From Phoronis australis (taxonomy: Eukaryota > Animalia > Phoronida), in contig NMRA01000022.1 in assembly GCA_002633005.1 (NCBI GenBank), positions 1,431,366 through 1,495,365 of the forward strand: DNA of 64,000 nt, given 5' to 3'. Below are positions 39,707-52,700 of the stretch, one piece after another. The position numbers and the translations under genes are program-made. The notes below the pieces were generated by a model, which saw only the letters and a program-made list of their open reading frames with translations, did not search any database and was not told where the DNA came from. The stretch's first letter is position 1. Each line of letters opens with the position of its first letter.

Positions 39707-40805
39707 AACTTGAATGACAAGACGTCGCAATTTGAAAGGTATGTAGAACAAACTTTCGGTGAAAACAACTACAGTAGAGTGCCATCTGTCTTAATGAGGG
39801 GTTAGATGCAATCCATAGAGGGCGATATAAGTAAGCCAACGCTGAAACGAACAAGACGACAAATCGAGAGACTCAGCGAACTTAGTCATGTGTCATTAAA
39901 ACGACGCTAGATAAATCTTTGTTTTATACATAACGTCCAATGTGATATTGACTATTTGCCTGAGAGTTGTTTTGCAAAGTTATTTTACCTACGGAGTTGT
40001 TGTAATTCGATACATATTCGAAAAAAAATATTTGGTAAGTCAATTTTAAGCTGAATGGCACATGTAATCAAGCCATCAATAACTCGCTCGACTGTGTAAA
40101 CTGTTTCTGTTTAAGGTATGATCAATAGCTCCACGAGTTAATCTTGACAAACAGACAATCCTCCCTGTGTGAATCCTGTATACCCGGTATACAGGAAATG
40201 TTGGTGAAATGCCATAACTTTATACAAGACAGTATCAATGTGGTAACTTAGTCGTGTAGATTGGACATTAAAAGTGGGTTTGCACATATACTATGTTGAA
40301 AAAGGCTTGGTGCGGGAATAGAGGACAGATATTCCACCATACATAGGAGTGTTTGAAACTCATGAGTTACTGCATAAATCCCTTTCGGTCTGTGTGTTCC
40401 CAGATTGGTATTGGAAACACGTTCCGCATGTGCGTAATGCGCTATTCTCTATTTCATTTTCCAACAAAAAGTTCACTTGTGCATCACATAATCTCTTTAC
40501 ACCTCCAAATAATGATAGGGTTGTGACTTTCGCCAGATGTGTTTGACTGTTAAAATTATTATCATATTATGTTTTGTAGGTAAACAGTGATCAATTACTA
40601 CTTAATGCAGGTCCAGATAATTAAAATGCACTTAAGAACAAAACACAGGCTACGCCTTTGAAACGTATGCATAAAACATTCTGGTGTTTGCTATTGCATT
40701 TAAAGGAATCGATAGAAGTGAGACAGTTATTACGAAAACATTAGAATTCGTTCATACTTGCCGGAGTGTTCTTGATTAATGCACTTTTGCTCAACTCCTC
40801 AAAGA

Positions 40806-41102
40806 ATGACCACTCTCGTTTGGGTTTCAGCGCTTTCTTTGCTTTTTCGAATCATACCCCAGTCTCTGGGATCGGCAATTTTCACAGAATTTGACACGGA
40901 AGCGACGAGTGCAACTGGCTGTCAAGGTAACAGAACGTTCTCAGCAGTTGGCAAGTACACTGAATGTTCACACGTGTGCGCTTTAGAAAAACGTTGCGTC
41001 ACTTTCCTCTTCACCAAAGAAGCCGGTGTATACAATTGTTACACATGTAGTTACTGGAAGGAGGCGTCTTCAAGAACTGGAGAAAATACGCTAGGATGGA
41101 AG
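40806..41102 (+). CDS. PAN-FReD paralog 3, exon 1: signal peptide + PAN/Apple-like domain
   Basis: Paralog of 11355-11651 with the same 297-nt length, all Cys kept and the same GTGGGT donor. Confidence 0.8.
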
Positions 41103-41309
41103 GTGGGTGACATTCATACGCACATGTGTATATTTGTGTAAGTATGCTTGCGTGTGTTTGTGGTTCCATGATGGCGTGTTTGTCTGCATGTGCATATGTG
41201 CATTTGCGTAAACGTATGTCAGTGCGGTTGCACGTGTGCATGAGAATGCAAAACAAACACATGTCATGTCATATTAGATGAATCTACCTTACTTTTGTTC
41301 TTTTTTCAG

Positions 41310-41334
41310 GTATTCCAAGATTGTACCGACGCCG
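41310..41334 (+). CDS. PAN-FReD paralog 3, exon 2 (25-nt microexon, VFQDCTDA-G)
   Basis: ttttttcAG acceptor and GTGCGT donor, with the same phases as paralog 2. Confidence 0.8.
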
Positions 41335-41926
41335 GTGCGTATATTTCCACCACAGATAATTTCCACAGACAGCATCAACATGAAATTTCCTACCTTAATT
41401 TTTTCTACGCTTTAAAGTACATGCCAATCAATCTCATACACTTTAATCAATCTTCGTTTATCCATTCTGTTCCAAAAAGAGTCAAGGGTATTTTTAGGTG
41501 AAGTTTATAGATATAAGCAAAAGAAAGACAAACAGATACGATGCGTGTCATGAAAAAATACAAAATTTGTCTTTTCTCTCAACCTCCTACCTGTGATGAT
41601 CTGTACATGGTATTAGATCGCTTTTACTCGCATTACCAGAAACAAACTTAATGAATACAAATTTGATACCCATGACGCCATGTATTATTAAAACCCTGCT
41701 CTTTTCATTAAAGGTCGTAGAACTGGCCACGACGGTGCATTATTTACTGCTTTGTGTGAAATAGTTCGTCAGAGAGCTATGTGAAAGTGTTTGTTGGCTG
41801 TAAATGCATAAAACTTGTGGCCACGTTCACGTCAGGTGCAACGGTTCCCTCTGATAAACGCTTCCTTGCAGGTACACCATGGCGGGCCTAAGAACTTTTT
41901 AACTACGGTCAGTCGTACGACATTAA

Positions 41927-43385
41927 AGGAGAAGGCAGCCTTTTTTCTTGTCATTTTTAGTAAAAATACAGTTCGTTGATTATCCCAGGTATATTTTTCA
42001 GTTAATAACGGCTTCTCGTAATTTAGTAGTGCCTTACTCCGGAAGTGCCATTACATCGCTTTCAAAAATATGGCACACTCCGCCTTATTTGGGTCGTTCA
42101 TGTGAAGAACGCAGCGCTACCCGTCCCCGCAACGTACAAAGCAGGGGAGAATTATCGAGTGTGTTGCACGCCGTCGTATAATTAAAAAGGTATGTACGCG
42201 GAATTGATGATGGTTCCATCAAAACGAGGCCTGAAAAAGGGTGCCATACTGTCGTTGTTCATTTCCGGCAGTGCCTCGTCGCCACCCCCGAGAAGTGCAT
42301 TTTTAAGCAAAAAGCCTCACGAGTTGTGGCCTGTACAGTGACTGGAAGCCATTCATCTACTGTCACCCGTGCCTCCGAACGTACCCCAGAGCGTGCAATT
42401 TCGGGAAGTAGCAGTGATTCGCCTTGTGCTGGTGTTGTCTCCAGCCCAGAGCCTATGAGGAGCTCTGCAGCGATGTTGAGTAGTGGGGCGTAGTGAACAC
42501 AGGCCCAGTTCGACACCCAGCGAGGAGGATAGTTCGCCGTACACTGAGAAGTTCGGTGAGCCAAACTTTGGTAAGTTTATTTTGGAGGTATTTAGAAAGT
42601 GTCAGGTGTGAGGCGAGGGAGTCACACGGCGGGATGTAAGCAGTTTGGTTGCTCATGTCACCATCCAGTGGGTAATCCATTGAGTTTGGCATAGTAGTGC
42701 ATACGTCCCATCACGTCTGTCCTCAGTCTCTGCCTCATCCATCTCATAGCAATCTGTGCGCATTCCGCTTGGCTTCATTAGGGATCAAACACATATCCAT
42801 TCACTCCTTCTTCGCGAACAAAAATCCTCATCACCACTGCTATGAACGATGTCTCCGTTACTTTGTCTGTGATATGGGTCGCCGACTCTAGCCAGTTCCA
42901 AGCTGTTACAACTAACTAACGTAATTGAGCCCACTAAGAACCTACCTTGTCATAGAATACACGTCGATGAGAAGTGGTGACGACAATTTTCGGAAACCAA
43001 CACGAAAACAACAGTGAAATGTCTCCCTCACTCAGGTCACTGTGATATGGATCTACGATTCCATCCATTTTCAGGTTACTAAACAAACGATGCCTAAATT
43101 GAGTTCTCTAACAACATAGTTGGTCAAAGAATACTCGTCGATGAGAAGTGGTGACGACAATTCTAGGAAACCAACACGACAACAAAACTTGAACAGATCC
43201 TCAGAGTTAATTCGAACGCAGAAACAAAATGGCGGGAAATTCTTAACCCCCTAAACGTCACTTCCGGAGTAGGGCACGATTTATCAATAAAATTACGGGA
43301 AGCCGTAAAAAAGGAAACATATGTCTGGGATAATCAACAAACCATATTTATACTAAAAAATGTCATAAAAATGTTGCTTTCTCCT
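41927..43385. mobile_element. Non-autonomous Kolobok-type DNA transposon in intron 2
   Basis: TTAA|AGGAGAA...TTCTCCT|TTAA with ~130-bp imperfect TIRs. Absent at the paralogous site ~12585 (gacattgaaatg). Confidence 0.82.
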
Positions 43386-43516
43386 TTAAAATGTACCTAA
43401 TATTTGCAGTCATGTAACGTTTGCTAAGAGCACAATTTTTCACTGGTGTATCGCAAAAACTTATTAGGCGTTATTTTTTGGAACAATGCCTTGTACTTTC
43501 TGTTCAGGTCATTTAA

Positions 43517-44483
43517 ACAGTACAAACCTTGGATTTTTGCACATTTTGAATTACCGGTGGCCACAGACTAAATGTATGACGTAAAATTTAGCTAAACCCA
43601 TGTTTATTTTTTGTAAGTAGCTCGAAATTTTGATTTTTCTTTCAATTTTGCCAATTTTCACATTTCCCGCCATGTGACGTCACGGGTTGAATACAAGAGA
43701 TCAGTGACTAGCATTGAACAATAGCGGAGAGCAGTGAATTTGAAAGCGACGACGATTATGAGCAAGAATTGAATGAATACTATGAAGAAACGTACGGGAA
43801 TGGTGGCCAGGATGAGGAAATGGGGTTGCACGAAAGCGAGAACAAGTTAAGTTTGATGTGCTTCCGGCTGCGTACTTTTCTACTTTGAGCCTTACGAACT
43901 GGATCCTCCCGCGAGAGAAGCGGCCTCGTGCTCGGCGAGTCAACCCAGTCATCCAACAGACGATCCTGAATTAAGAGCCGATGTTTCTGAATGATAAATA
44001 TTGTCCTTTATTGAACCAGGCCTTCATCGTAATATCTCCTGTGACTTGAGTCGAAACACGAGTCCTCAAAGTGGGCAAAACACAAAGTGGCCCCGGACCG
44101 AATCGCTTGGTCCACGATGAGGTCCCACACTCTCGTTCGGCGCACGAAGCGATGCCACTTCTGCGCAACTTTGGTGTCTTTCAGAACACCGAGACTTTCT
44201 CCACCTGGCTGCTGTTGCTGCAGCCTCCGGCAACAGATCTTTTGATCCCTCTACGAACCTTCTCGACGCTAAATGTACTTTGCTTTCACTTCACTCCATA
44301 CACTTTGTCTCTGTTCCGAACAGTATGGCGAACGACTTGGGTTCAACCCATGACGTTGTACATAATTATTATTTTTTCAATTTTTGCGTGTTTCTTTATG
44401 AGCTGTGCACTAAAGGCACTGAAATCAAGTAAGATATGATAATAAAATTTATTTTGAGGTACTAGAGTCATGTTGTGTACACT
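43517..44483 (-). mobile_element. Degenerate Kolobok-type element with a THAP-domain remnant
   Basis: TTAA at 43513-43516 and 44484-44487. The minus strand at ~44050-44240 reads VAGGCSN...KWHRFVRRTRVW...LCFAHFEDSCF (THAP pattern, frameshifted). Absent at the paralogous site ~12710. Confidence 0.72.
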
Positions 44484-45524
44484 TTAAATTTACAATTACG
44501 CTGTCATGAAGACTTACATATACTCCATGAACATTGGGAGTTTTTGATTTTCGATTTTCGTCTGATGCCAGTGATGTTTAAGGGAGTGCGGATTTTGCAA
44601 ACAGGAAAATTTGGCATACAAATTACGTTTTACTACTTCCTAATTTTGGTCTCTATTCCGACCCCCTGTCACACCCAACTCATCCCCCTACTAGTAGAGC
44701 AAAGGAAAAAATTGAGCAAGTAATAGAACGGTGAGCAAAAAGTGTCTTTCAAAGAACAGTTACCAATTTTCAATGAAGGAATTTATGTCTGGAATAAATT
44801 TGACGTACCCATGGTTATGGTATTATTATCCAATTGTGCTGTCATTTTGCCTGAGAATAGATATTTGTCGCATGTTTTCGTGTGTAAAATTGATTGAGGT
44901 ACGTAAGAAGAGGAGTGGCTCACCAATTCGTGATTCTGCGTTACCGTTGGAGCGGTTTAGTCTCATGCTGCAATACTCATGACTCTATCTTATTAAATAG
45001 GCTCATTTTTACCTGTTTACGCAGTTACGTACTTGATGTTCACGAAATAGGAATGCGGAGTTTTTTATGGGGATAATACGATCTGTTTGCAATGTTTATT
45101 GTGAAATATTCAGTAAAATAAATTTACATACCCAGAACGCGCCAAGAGGCGTTGTACCTGGGTTAAATGAATACAAAGGAATCTATATACAATTATTATA
45201 CACAAATACAAAAAAATTTAAAAATCACGATAAGATTACAATGACATATTATTACGCATGCAAATAAATCATTTTCATACACAATAAGCTATTTTACATG
45301 TATACAGTGTTACAGATGCACACAAAGAGATTTAATATTTAAAATATACAATCATAAAATCAAGCAATTCGATAGATATCAATGATTAACAGGAGTTCAA
45401 TTTAATTGGAAAGAACTCAATCAATTTTGCCAAAGAGGTACTGCTTAAGTGGCTGATACTATGTACACACATGGCTAACAGCAAGCTGCTGTAATATCTA
45501 TATGTGTGGTCAATTAAAAATTTA

Positions 45525-46620
45525 CCTGGATCTATTCTCGATTTAGAAACCGCCGTCGTCAGTTGTTGAAACCAAACAGGTTTTTGTAATGATGAAATTA
45601 ATCGATAAAACAGTTTAATGGATCACTTCAGAGATACTTGTAGATGACTGCATCCAATTTAAAGTTCTTGGACTCGAGTTTGGTGAATGAGGTGCTTTAA
45701 ATACAAAGTTAAATCGATTATTTGTATGTGTTACATAGAAATGAATTATGATCTTTCATTCGGGTAAAAAATATCCCCAAACCCGCGTATCGGCCTTGTA
45801 TTTTCTAACAATAATTTCGGAGAATTTGATCGGTATTTCAAGAACTACCGTGGTCTTATAAACACCAACGTTTTTGAAAGTACAAGTTTATTTTGTTGAT
45901 TTGAAAATGAACCTGTTTGCTGAAAAAATTCAACACTGAAAAGTCCTAAAATCTTGTTTATTCCAAACAATTCAAACCCAATCAAAAGTGATAAAAAATG
46001 GCAATAAAATTACTAACAAAACATCAAAGAGATTTCTGAAAATTTGACTACAATCTTAGAACTTCAATAACTTTCCACTCCCTGGATCTATTCTCGATTT
46101 AGAAACCGTTGTCGCCTGGAATTCAAACCACTGCGAGGTTTTTTAACTTTGAGATACATCGCAGAAACAGTTTCGAGGCTCATTAAATAGCTGAATATTC
46201 AGAGTTGATATCGGCCAGTATGGCGAATGAAACAGTCTGAATTAAAAATTAAATCGATTTTTATGTGATACATCGACATGGTCATGATCGTTGGTCCGGG
46301 TTCAAAAATCCCCTCCCCATAACGTGATTGTCGGCCTTGCGTTCAGTAGCTATAATCTCGGAGATTTTAATCGAATCATGCATCTAGAAAACCATGGAGT
46401 TATAACCACCTATTTTTGTGAACTTTTATTTTGTCGATTAAAATGAACTTATTTGTTTAAAAATTCAAAACTGTGAAAACTGATAAACTATTGGCTAGTA
46501 TAAATGATTCAAAACTAATCAAAAATTGTGAAATGGTAAAAACGAGGAAAGTTTGCATATAAAAGGACAAAGATTCTTGTTACGGTTTGATTAAAGCCTT
46601 TGAACTTCAACAAGTATAGA
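45525..46620. repeat. Diverged tandem repeat, ~556-bp period
   Basis: cctggatctattctcgatttagaaaccg at 45525 and 46081, with collinear similarity after each. Confidence 0.7.
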
Positions 46621-48077
46621 TTTTTATGAAGCACATTGTTGAGTCGATGATTAAGTTACTTCAAATGCATACAAAAGTGTCTCAAAGTGTTCAACGATAA
46701 GATAAGAAACAGCAGAAGGCCTTGATCTACTCGCAAAACTAGTTGGAGTTAAAAATATCGCTCGAGAAATAATGTTTAATGTCCGGTGAATTATGTCTTT
46801 ACTCGGAACTCTACTCTCGTAACTCGAAGGAAATAACCCCTGGGCCCAAGAGACTATCGACTATGTGTTTGTAAATTAAGGTGCAACGTTTTGAGTTGCC
46901 TGTCGTCGTTTGGTTGAAATGAAAACGGTATTTCGATCACTGGTTTGAGAGCCCATGAAATTGCAGCACTTGCTTTGATATTGGAAATGCGTTTAAGGTA
47001 ATCTATAACTCGGTTTAAACCCGTCTTCACACACAAAAAAATCAACTTCTAGATTTAAACCGTTTATAGTATCAATTTGCTCGTCAGTCACATTAATGTG
47101 GGGTCTAATCCACGGGTTCGAGAGAACTGAGTTTGTCTTCGCTTGAAATAAGGGTCCAAAACCATAAATCACGGCGTGGGATTTTACGCTCCGAGCCCCA
47201 AGAACCTTTCCTGACGTTCCAGGTATCGCCACGGACCATCACGAAGGTTACACGGTTTATACGCCGGATTGTGTGAAATGTAATCCGGTTTGATTCGGCA
47301 CGTGAATGGAACTTGGGCTAAAGGAACTAGTTGAGACCGACTTCATTGTGCTAGATGGACTAAATCACAACGTTTGCTTCTTGGATACAGCGCGAGTTTG
47401 TAGCAGCTTAGATAAAATAATTTGACCGATAAAATCGCCATCCCTACTTTTCACTTTTATTTAACCGCGGGATTACAACCGCACATGCACACTTGCGTAT
47501 TTAAGCCCGTTAGTTTGTATATTAGTTCTAAGCACTTATTTTTTTCAATTAAAATTGTTGACATTTTCCTTGGTTTTACAGCGGATATCAATTAAATGGT
47601 TTTAAGGCAATCAAATTTTCTCTGCTCCTCCATAACCTTATTCATTATCAAAATTTGGTTCAGTTAATGATGTTTAAGTCTTACCATTTCCAAGTATGAA
47701 AATAGTAATACTACTTTTGAAACGGTTAGTCAGTCACTGAATTGCAAATACCTGTCTTCCCTACCCGTTAAGTTTACATTCGCAGGAAGACTTATCTGTG
47801 TTATAGTCAAGGAAATGTGGTGCCAAACCAAGTCGCGAAAAAGTGTTTCGCAATGACAAGCCTGTATACGCTTCATACATGTACGAGGACACTGAGTGTG
47901 CCTTTATACTCAGCAAAGTATGCACCTGTACAAAGGACGTCCATCTGCACACATCGTCAAAGTTTTGTTTCACCCATACCTTCACTGACGCCTCATGTCA
48001 CGTACATGTAGGCCTACATTTCCACTGCCATGAAGTTTTTTAGGGGACGAGAGTACGTGCCATCACACTGTGACAGT

Positions 48078-48159
48078 ATGTGTATGTGTGTTTGTGTTTG
48101 TGTGTGTGCGTGCTTGCGTGCGTGCGTGCGTGCGTTCGTGTGTGTGTGTGTGTGTGTGT
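48078..48159. repeat. (TG)n/(TGCG)n compound microsatellite
   Basis: Read directly. Confidence 0.9.
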
Positions 48160-48608
48160 CGCACAAGACGGATGCGACAATATATGCTCTGAACACCGAA
48201 ACCTTTTGTCGCCCGGGTGACGATACGTGCCGATGTTAACGGCGTTTATTGTCACACTTGGCATCTATTGTTGAGTTCCCAAGCCTTTCTATGGTTAGAA
48301 GGCCTTGGAGGGAAATCCTACATAGTTTTTCGTAACAAAAACATTAATAAATTGGAGAAGAAAGTATTGGGGATACAATTGCATTTAGCGAATTCAGGTT
48401 AATACACGCATTCCGATATTATGTTTGTAGATATATATCCTTTATAATGCTAACAATATAGGATTTTGTGCGTTAAATTATAACCTTTGTGAATAAGCGT
48501 GACGCTCACTAATACACGAAATGTTTTCGGAAAGATGCAGCCTCCCATAGATTATCAATTAGATAGAAAAATTGAAGACCGTGTGCTATTTCTGTTCACA
48601 TTTTCTAG

Positions 48609-49213
48609 GCACTCACTATACTGGCGTTCTGCGCATAAGACCGCTTAACAGCCGCAAAGCTTTCGTCGTAATCTGCGAAGAAGGGTGGACGGTTATCCAG
48701 CGAAGATTCAACGGAAGCGTCGATTTCAACAGAAGCTGGGTTGACTATAAAAATGGTTTTGGTGAACTTGAAGGAGAGCTGTGGCTCGGCAATGACAACA
48801 TTTACTTCATCACCCAGCAGGCTCAGTACAAAATACAATACGTGATGACCACATGGAATGGCACGAGTGTAACACGTGAACATAATTCATTCTCAACAGC
48901 AGATGAGAAAGAGAACTACAGATTATCTATATCTGCAAAAAATGATCCTGATCCCAATTTTTCGTTGAGTCAACTAAACGGAGCTAGTTTTTCGACAATA
49001 GACCACGATAATGACAACATTGCAATTAAAAATTGTGCAAAACTTAGATCTGGCGGATGGTGGTTTAAAGACTGTGCATGGACAGCCTTAAATAGTCTTT
49101 ATCCCACGGGTGGGATTTGCAAGGCTGATAAGGATAACCATTGCATGAAATATTACGTTTCACAAGAACATGTACTGTTAAAAAGTTCTGTTGTCAAAAT
49201 ACGGAAGGTTTAG
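48609..49213 (+). CDS. PAN-FReD paralog 3, exon 3 (FReD); spliced product 308 aa
   Basis: Acceptor ttttctAG at 48607-48608 and the full FReD motif set. Exon lengths 297+25+605 = 927 nt give one open frame. Confidence 0.92.
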
Positions 49214-49617
49214 TGTTCAAGTTAAGAGATATTTCTTGGCAGGGTCGTGAAAATCACGTGTGGTATTCTCGTTAATAACAAAGTACAACTCAACGACGGC
49301 ATTGCGATTTGAACAGCATTCGTTGTATTGCTTGAGACAGACACCCTACAGCACTAGAATAAAACAACGAAACAAAAGTTTGGCTTTTATAACCGATGTC
49401 AGCAAAATAATAATGGAGGACAAGTTATAGAAGATGGTAGATGCGTTCCATAACGTAAGGTGATTCGCGAGGGAGGCAATTGGCTGGCACTCGCGTAATT
49501 TAACTTTCGTGTGACCTCGAATAACTCGCAGCAAGGAGCGCCTGTCTGATAGAAGTAAGAAGACTATGTCTTGGGAAATGTTCACAATGTTGTCACACAT
49601 GACAACACTGTATAATG

Positions 49618-49759
49618 CATGGGCGGCGCACCATAGGATACCGGGGAGCTATAGCCCCCACTTTTTTCAGTGCTCCGGCGCCCATGGTCTATGGGAGGTG
49701 CACCACAGGGGAGCTGGATGGCTATAGACCCTCCTTTTTTCAGTGCTGCGAAGCCCATG
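49618..49759. mobile_element. Tandem dimer of a ~70-bp mini element with CATGGGC..GCCCATG termini
   Basis: Two similar units. Absent from the paralogous flank at ~15992 (gtataacgttggg). Confidence 0.65.
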
Positions 49760-52700
49760 TAACGTTGGGTGCACTGGACTGACTTTGCCGGATCCGCAGC
49801 GTCAACTGGAATAGACATGTTATTGGTTCTCGATGACACCTGACGGCTTTTCCGCCAAACAGATGTCTTAGCTGATTGACCTGGCAGAAGCTTATCAATT
49901 ACAGTCATTGTATAGTATAGCTCGCAAAAAACAGGGTAAATTTAATCCAAGCATTGTTTGAAGTGAGTAAAGGATGCCCGGTCGAGAATCCTTCGTATAC
50001 CTGAACTGTAAGTGATATTATCACAATGGAATTTTCAGTCGCTGTTTCTGTTTTATTTTAATCATTCTCAATTAGTAAAAGACACGTCGATGATCACTAT
50101 CTGACAAATAGTCCTTGTTCATTTTAATTGAATCTAAAACCCTGGGGTTAATATCAAGCGCTAGGATTGAATCCTAAGACATTTAGAGATATTGGATATG
50201 GTTTGCCGTCAAACCATCGATCCGGAACACGTCTGGTATTTTTGTGGACCCGAAGATTCTCACCGAGGTGTTTCATGTCTGCGCATGGCCGGGACTCAGC
50301 TGTACCCCGACATTGTTTTGCTCGCAATGAAAGCGTGGGTTAGCGACAGATGCAAACCAAGGGGGCATTGTTTCCGTAGAGGGCGTGACTTGCGATGACA
50401 ACCGTTCATGTCAACAGGTGCCAAGCACAGTACTGGATTTATCCCAGAGTTCTAAGTTATCAATTTTCAAGAAGTCATCGATGTTTATAGAAACATTCGT
50501 CACTGTGCCCGAGTACTGTTATTAGAGTGTTAGAGATTTATCATATTGTGGCATTGACTAATTACGCTTGCCAAAAAACAGTCCGAGAGACCAGTTGCTT
50601 AGTCTCATAAAAATCTTAAGTTTTTGGGTATGTTTGTGTGGCCGTTGAGTGACTCTAAAGCTGTTTCTTGAATCATTTATTGCTTTTTGAGTTTCACGTG
50701 AAATCTGTCTCTGGAAGGCTTAACCCGTTTCACCAACTCAGGCTAAGTCTAATTGTTAGAAAATCTACTACAGCTTGAAGACAAAAACACATAAGGCGGT
50801 CGCATGCTCGAGGGCGGATTTAAAACCTAATAACAATAGGAGAAAATATCAATTGTTTTCTCTAGACCCCTCGAGAACAGACCCTGTTGCACGAACCGTG
50901 ACTTAAAACTTTAGACAGAAATTTGATCTTACGTTCCAAGGTAATTTAAAGCATATGAGCAAAAATTCAGTCAGTGTAAATATACACATAACTGTTATTT
51001 ACCGAGATAATGGGGTATTAGACAATTTTTATATTACTAGAGGGCGCGCGTGTACTAGTGGTGATAGATATAGTAGCCTCGATTTCGCGAGCCCTTTAAT
51101 AGGCCTAACTGGTGAACTGGCTTTCAGTCGTGCCAAGTGAATCTGAGGTTGCGTAACAAGGGAGCTTCTACGAGAGTAAGTAAACATGGCCTTATAGAAA
51201 GGTAAGGTTTGTGATTATTTCAACGATTATAGCATGTTTACAATATTGATGCCTGTTAACTGAGGTACTGGCTGATGTCTACTTCACGGCAGTCGCCAAT
51301 CGAGTTAATCATTGTTTATTTTTGTGATGTGTATTACGATACTTGACTTAGAACTCGGGATCTTTTCGTACATCAAAGCAATATTATAAATGTTTGGAAT
51401 GATTTCTAACAGGTTTACCAGTGACAGTTACATCGATAAATGCTGAATGTTTATGCTGTCAACTCGATATTGGTTAGTGATATAAGATTACAATCCAAGC
51501 GCGAAGGGCTGGTGACAAATATCTATTAGACTATTTGTTTACCCCCTATCATATGTCGTCCGGAAATATATTACACGTTGACATGGAAATATACCATGTC
51601 TGTGTCCACCTGATCTTTGTTTTTAGGTTTGAGGGCTAGTACCGTGGACAGGAGATATGCATCGCCTCTGCGATCGTCCTTGAACCGAAAAAAATCATTG
51701 GTTTTAAGCAGCTAACTAGCAAGACCTTCCTATCCAGTGCAGATCTGTTGTCAAAGCCTACTTTCTATATCGGAGACAAGGAACAAAGTCTTTGAAAAAG
51801 GACAGCTATTGTTAAAGAAAGGTATGAAAGTTGCTTTTTTTATTTTCTTATTCAGATCTTTAGCGGGAGGTTAGCATAGGAGGTTGGGGTTGTAAAATTT
51901 AAGCAACTGAATCTGTGGAAATAACAGGTAATATTGTCTGGGGGTAAGAGCATGGGGAGGAAATTCTTAACCTTCATGGAGTTCTTTCAAGTTTCATGAA
52001 ACTGTTTTGGTATCAATTGTAAGCTCATAAAATGATTTTTTTTCATTTTCTGAATTCTCAATGACTGAGTTAAGGCTAACTCATGCCTTGAAATATTGCA
52101 AGTCGTTTATAAATTCATATGACTGCCATTTTGTGAAAGTTGCATTTTTGCTGTGAACATACGAGTGGGGTCGTACTTGTTGAACATGTCATTCTTGCTG
52201 CTAATACGCTAGCAGTGGCGACTTAGGATTTTTAATTACTCTTAAACAACAGAATGATTACCCACATCTTCTATGAGAAGAAAAATAAAAAATTCTGAGA
52301 AAAGGTTCCCTCAGCTCTAGACCAGAAGTGTGCTTGACAGACCCATGAATCTGTAATCTGGTTTAAAATTGCTGAGAGTATCAAAAATCAAAAGCCTTGA
52401 AAATGGGTGACAAAGGTTTGAAGTTGCCTCAAATAACTTGCATATTTTTCAGAAAAGTGATGCGTTTAAAGAATTGTTATGGCTAGGAATGAAAACTGAA
52501 GACGCAATTTTATGCAATACTTAGTACATACACCCTTGGTTTTTGGAAATAGTAATTATTTAATTCTGTGTGACGTTATGAAGCGGTCATCATATGATAT
52601 TTTTGAAAAACGGGCAACATTTTTGACCCAAGATGATATACTTAATTATTCATTTTCCAGGCTCAGTGACATTTTAAGACCACTTCAAGCCGCAACACAG

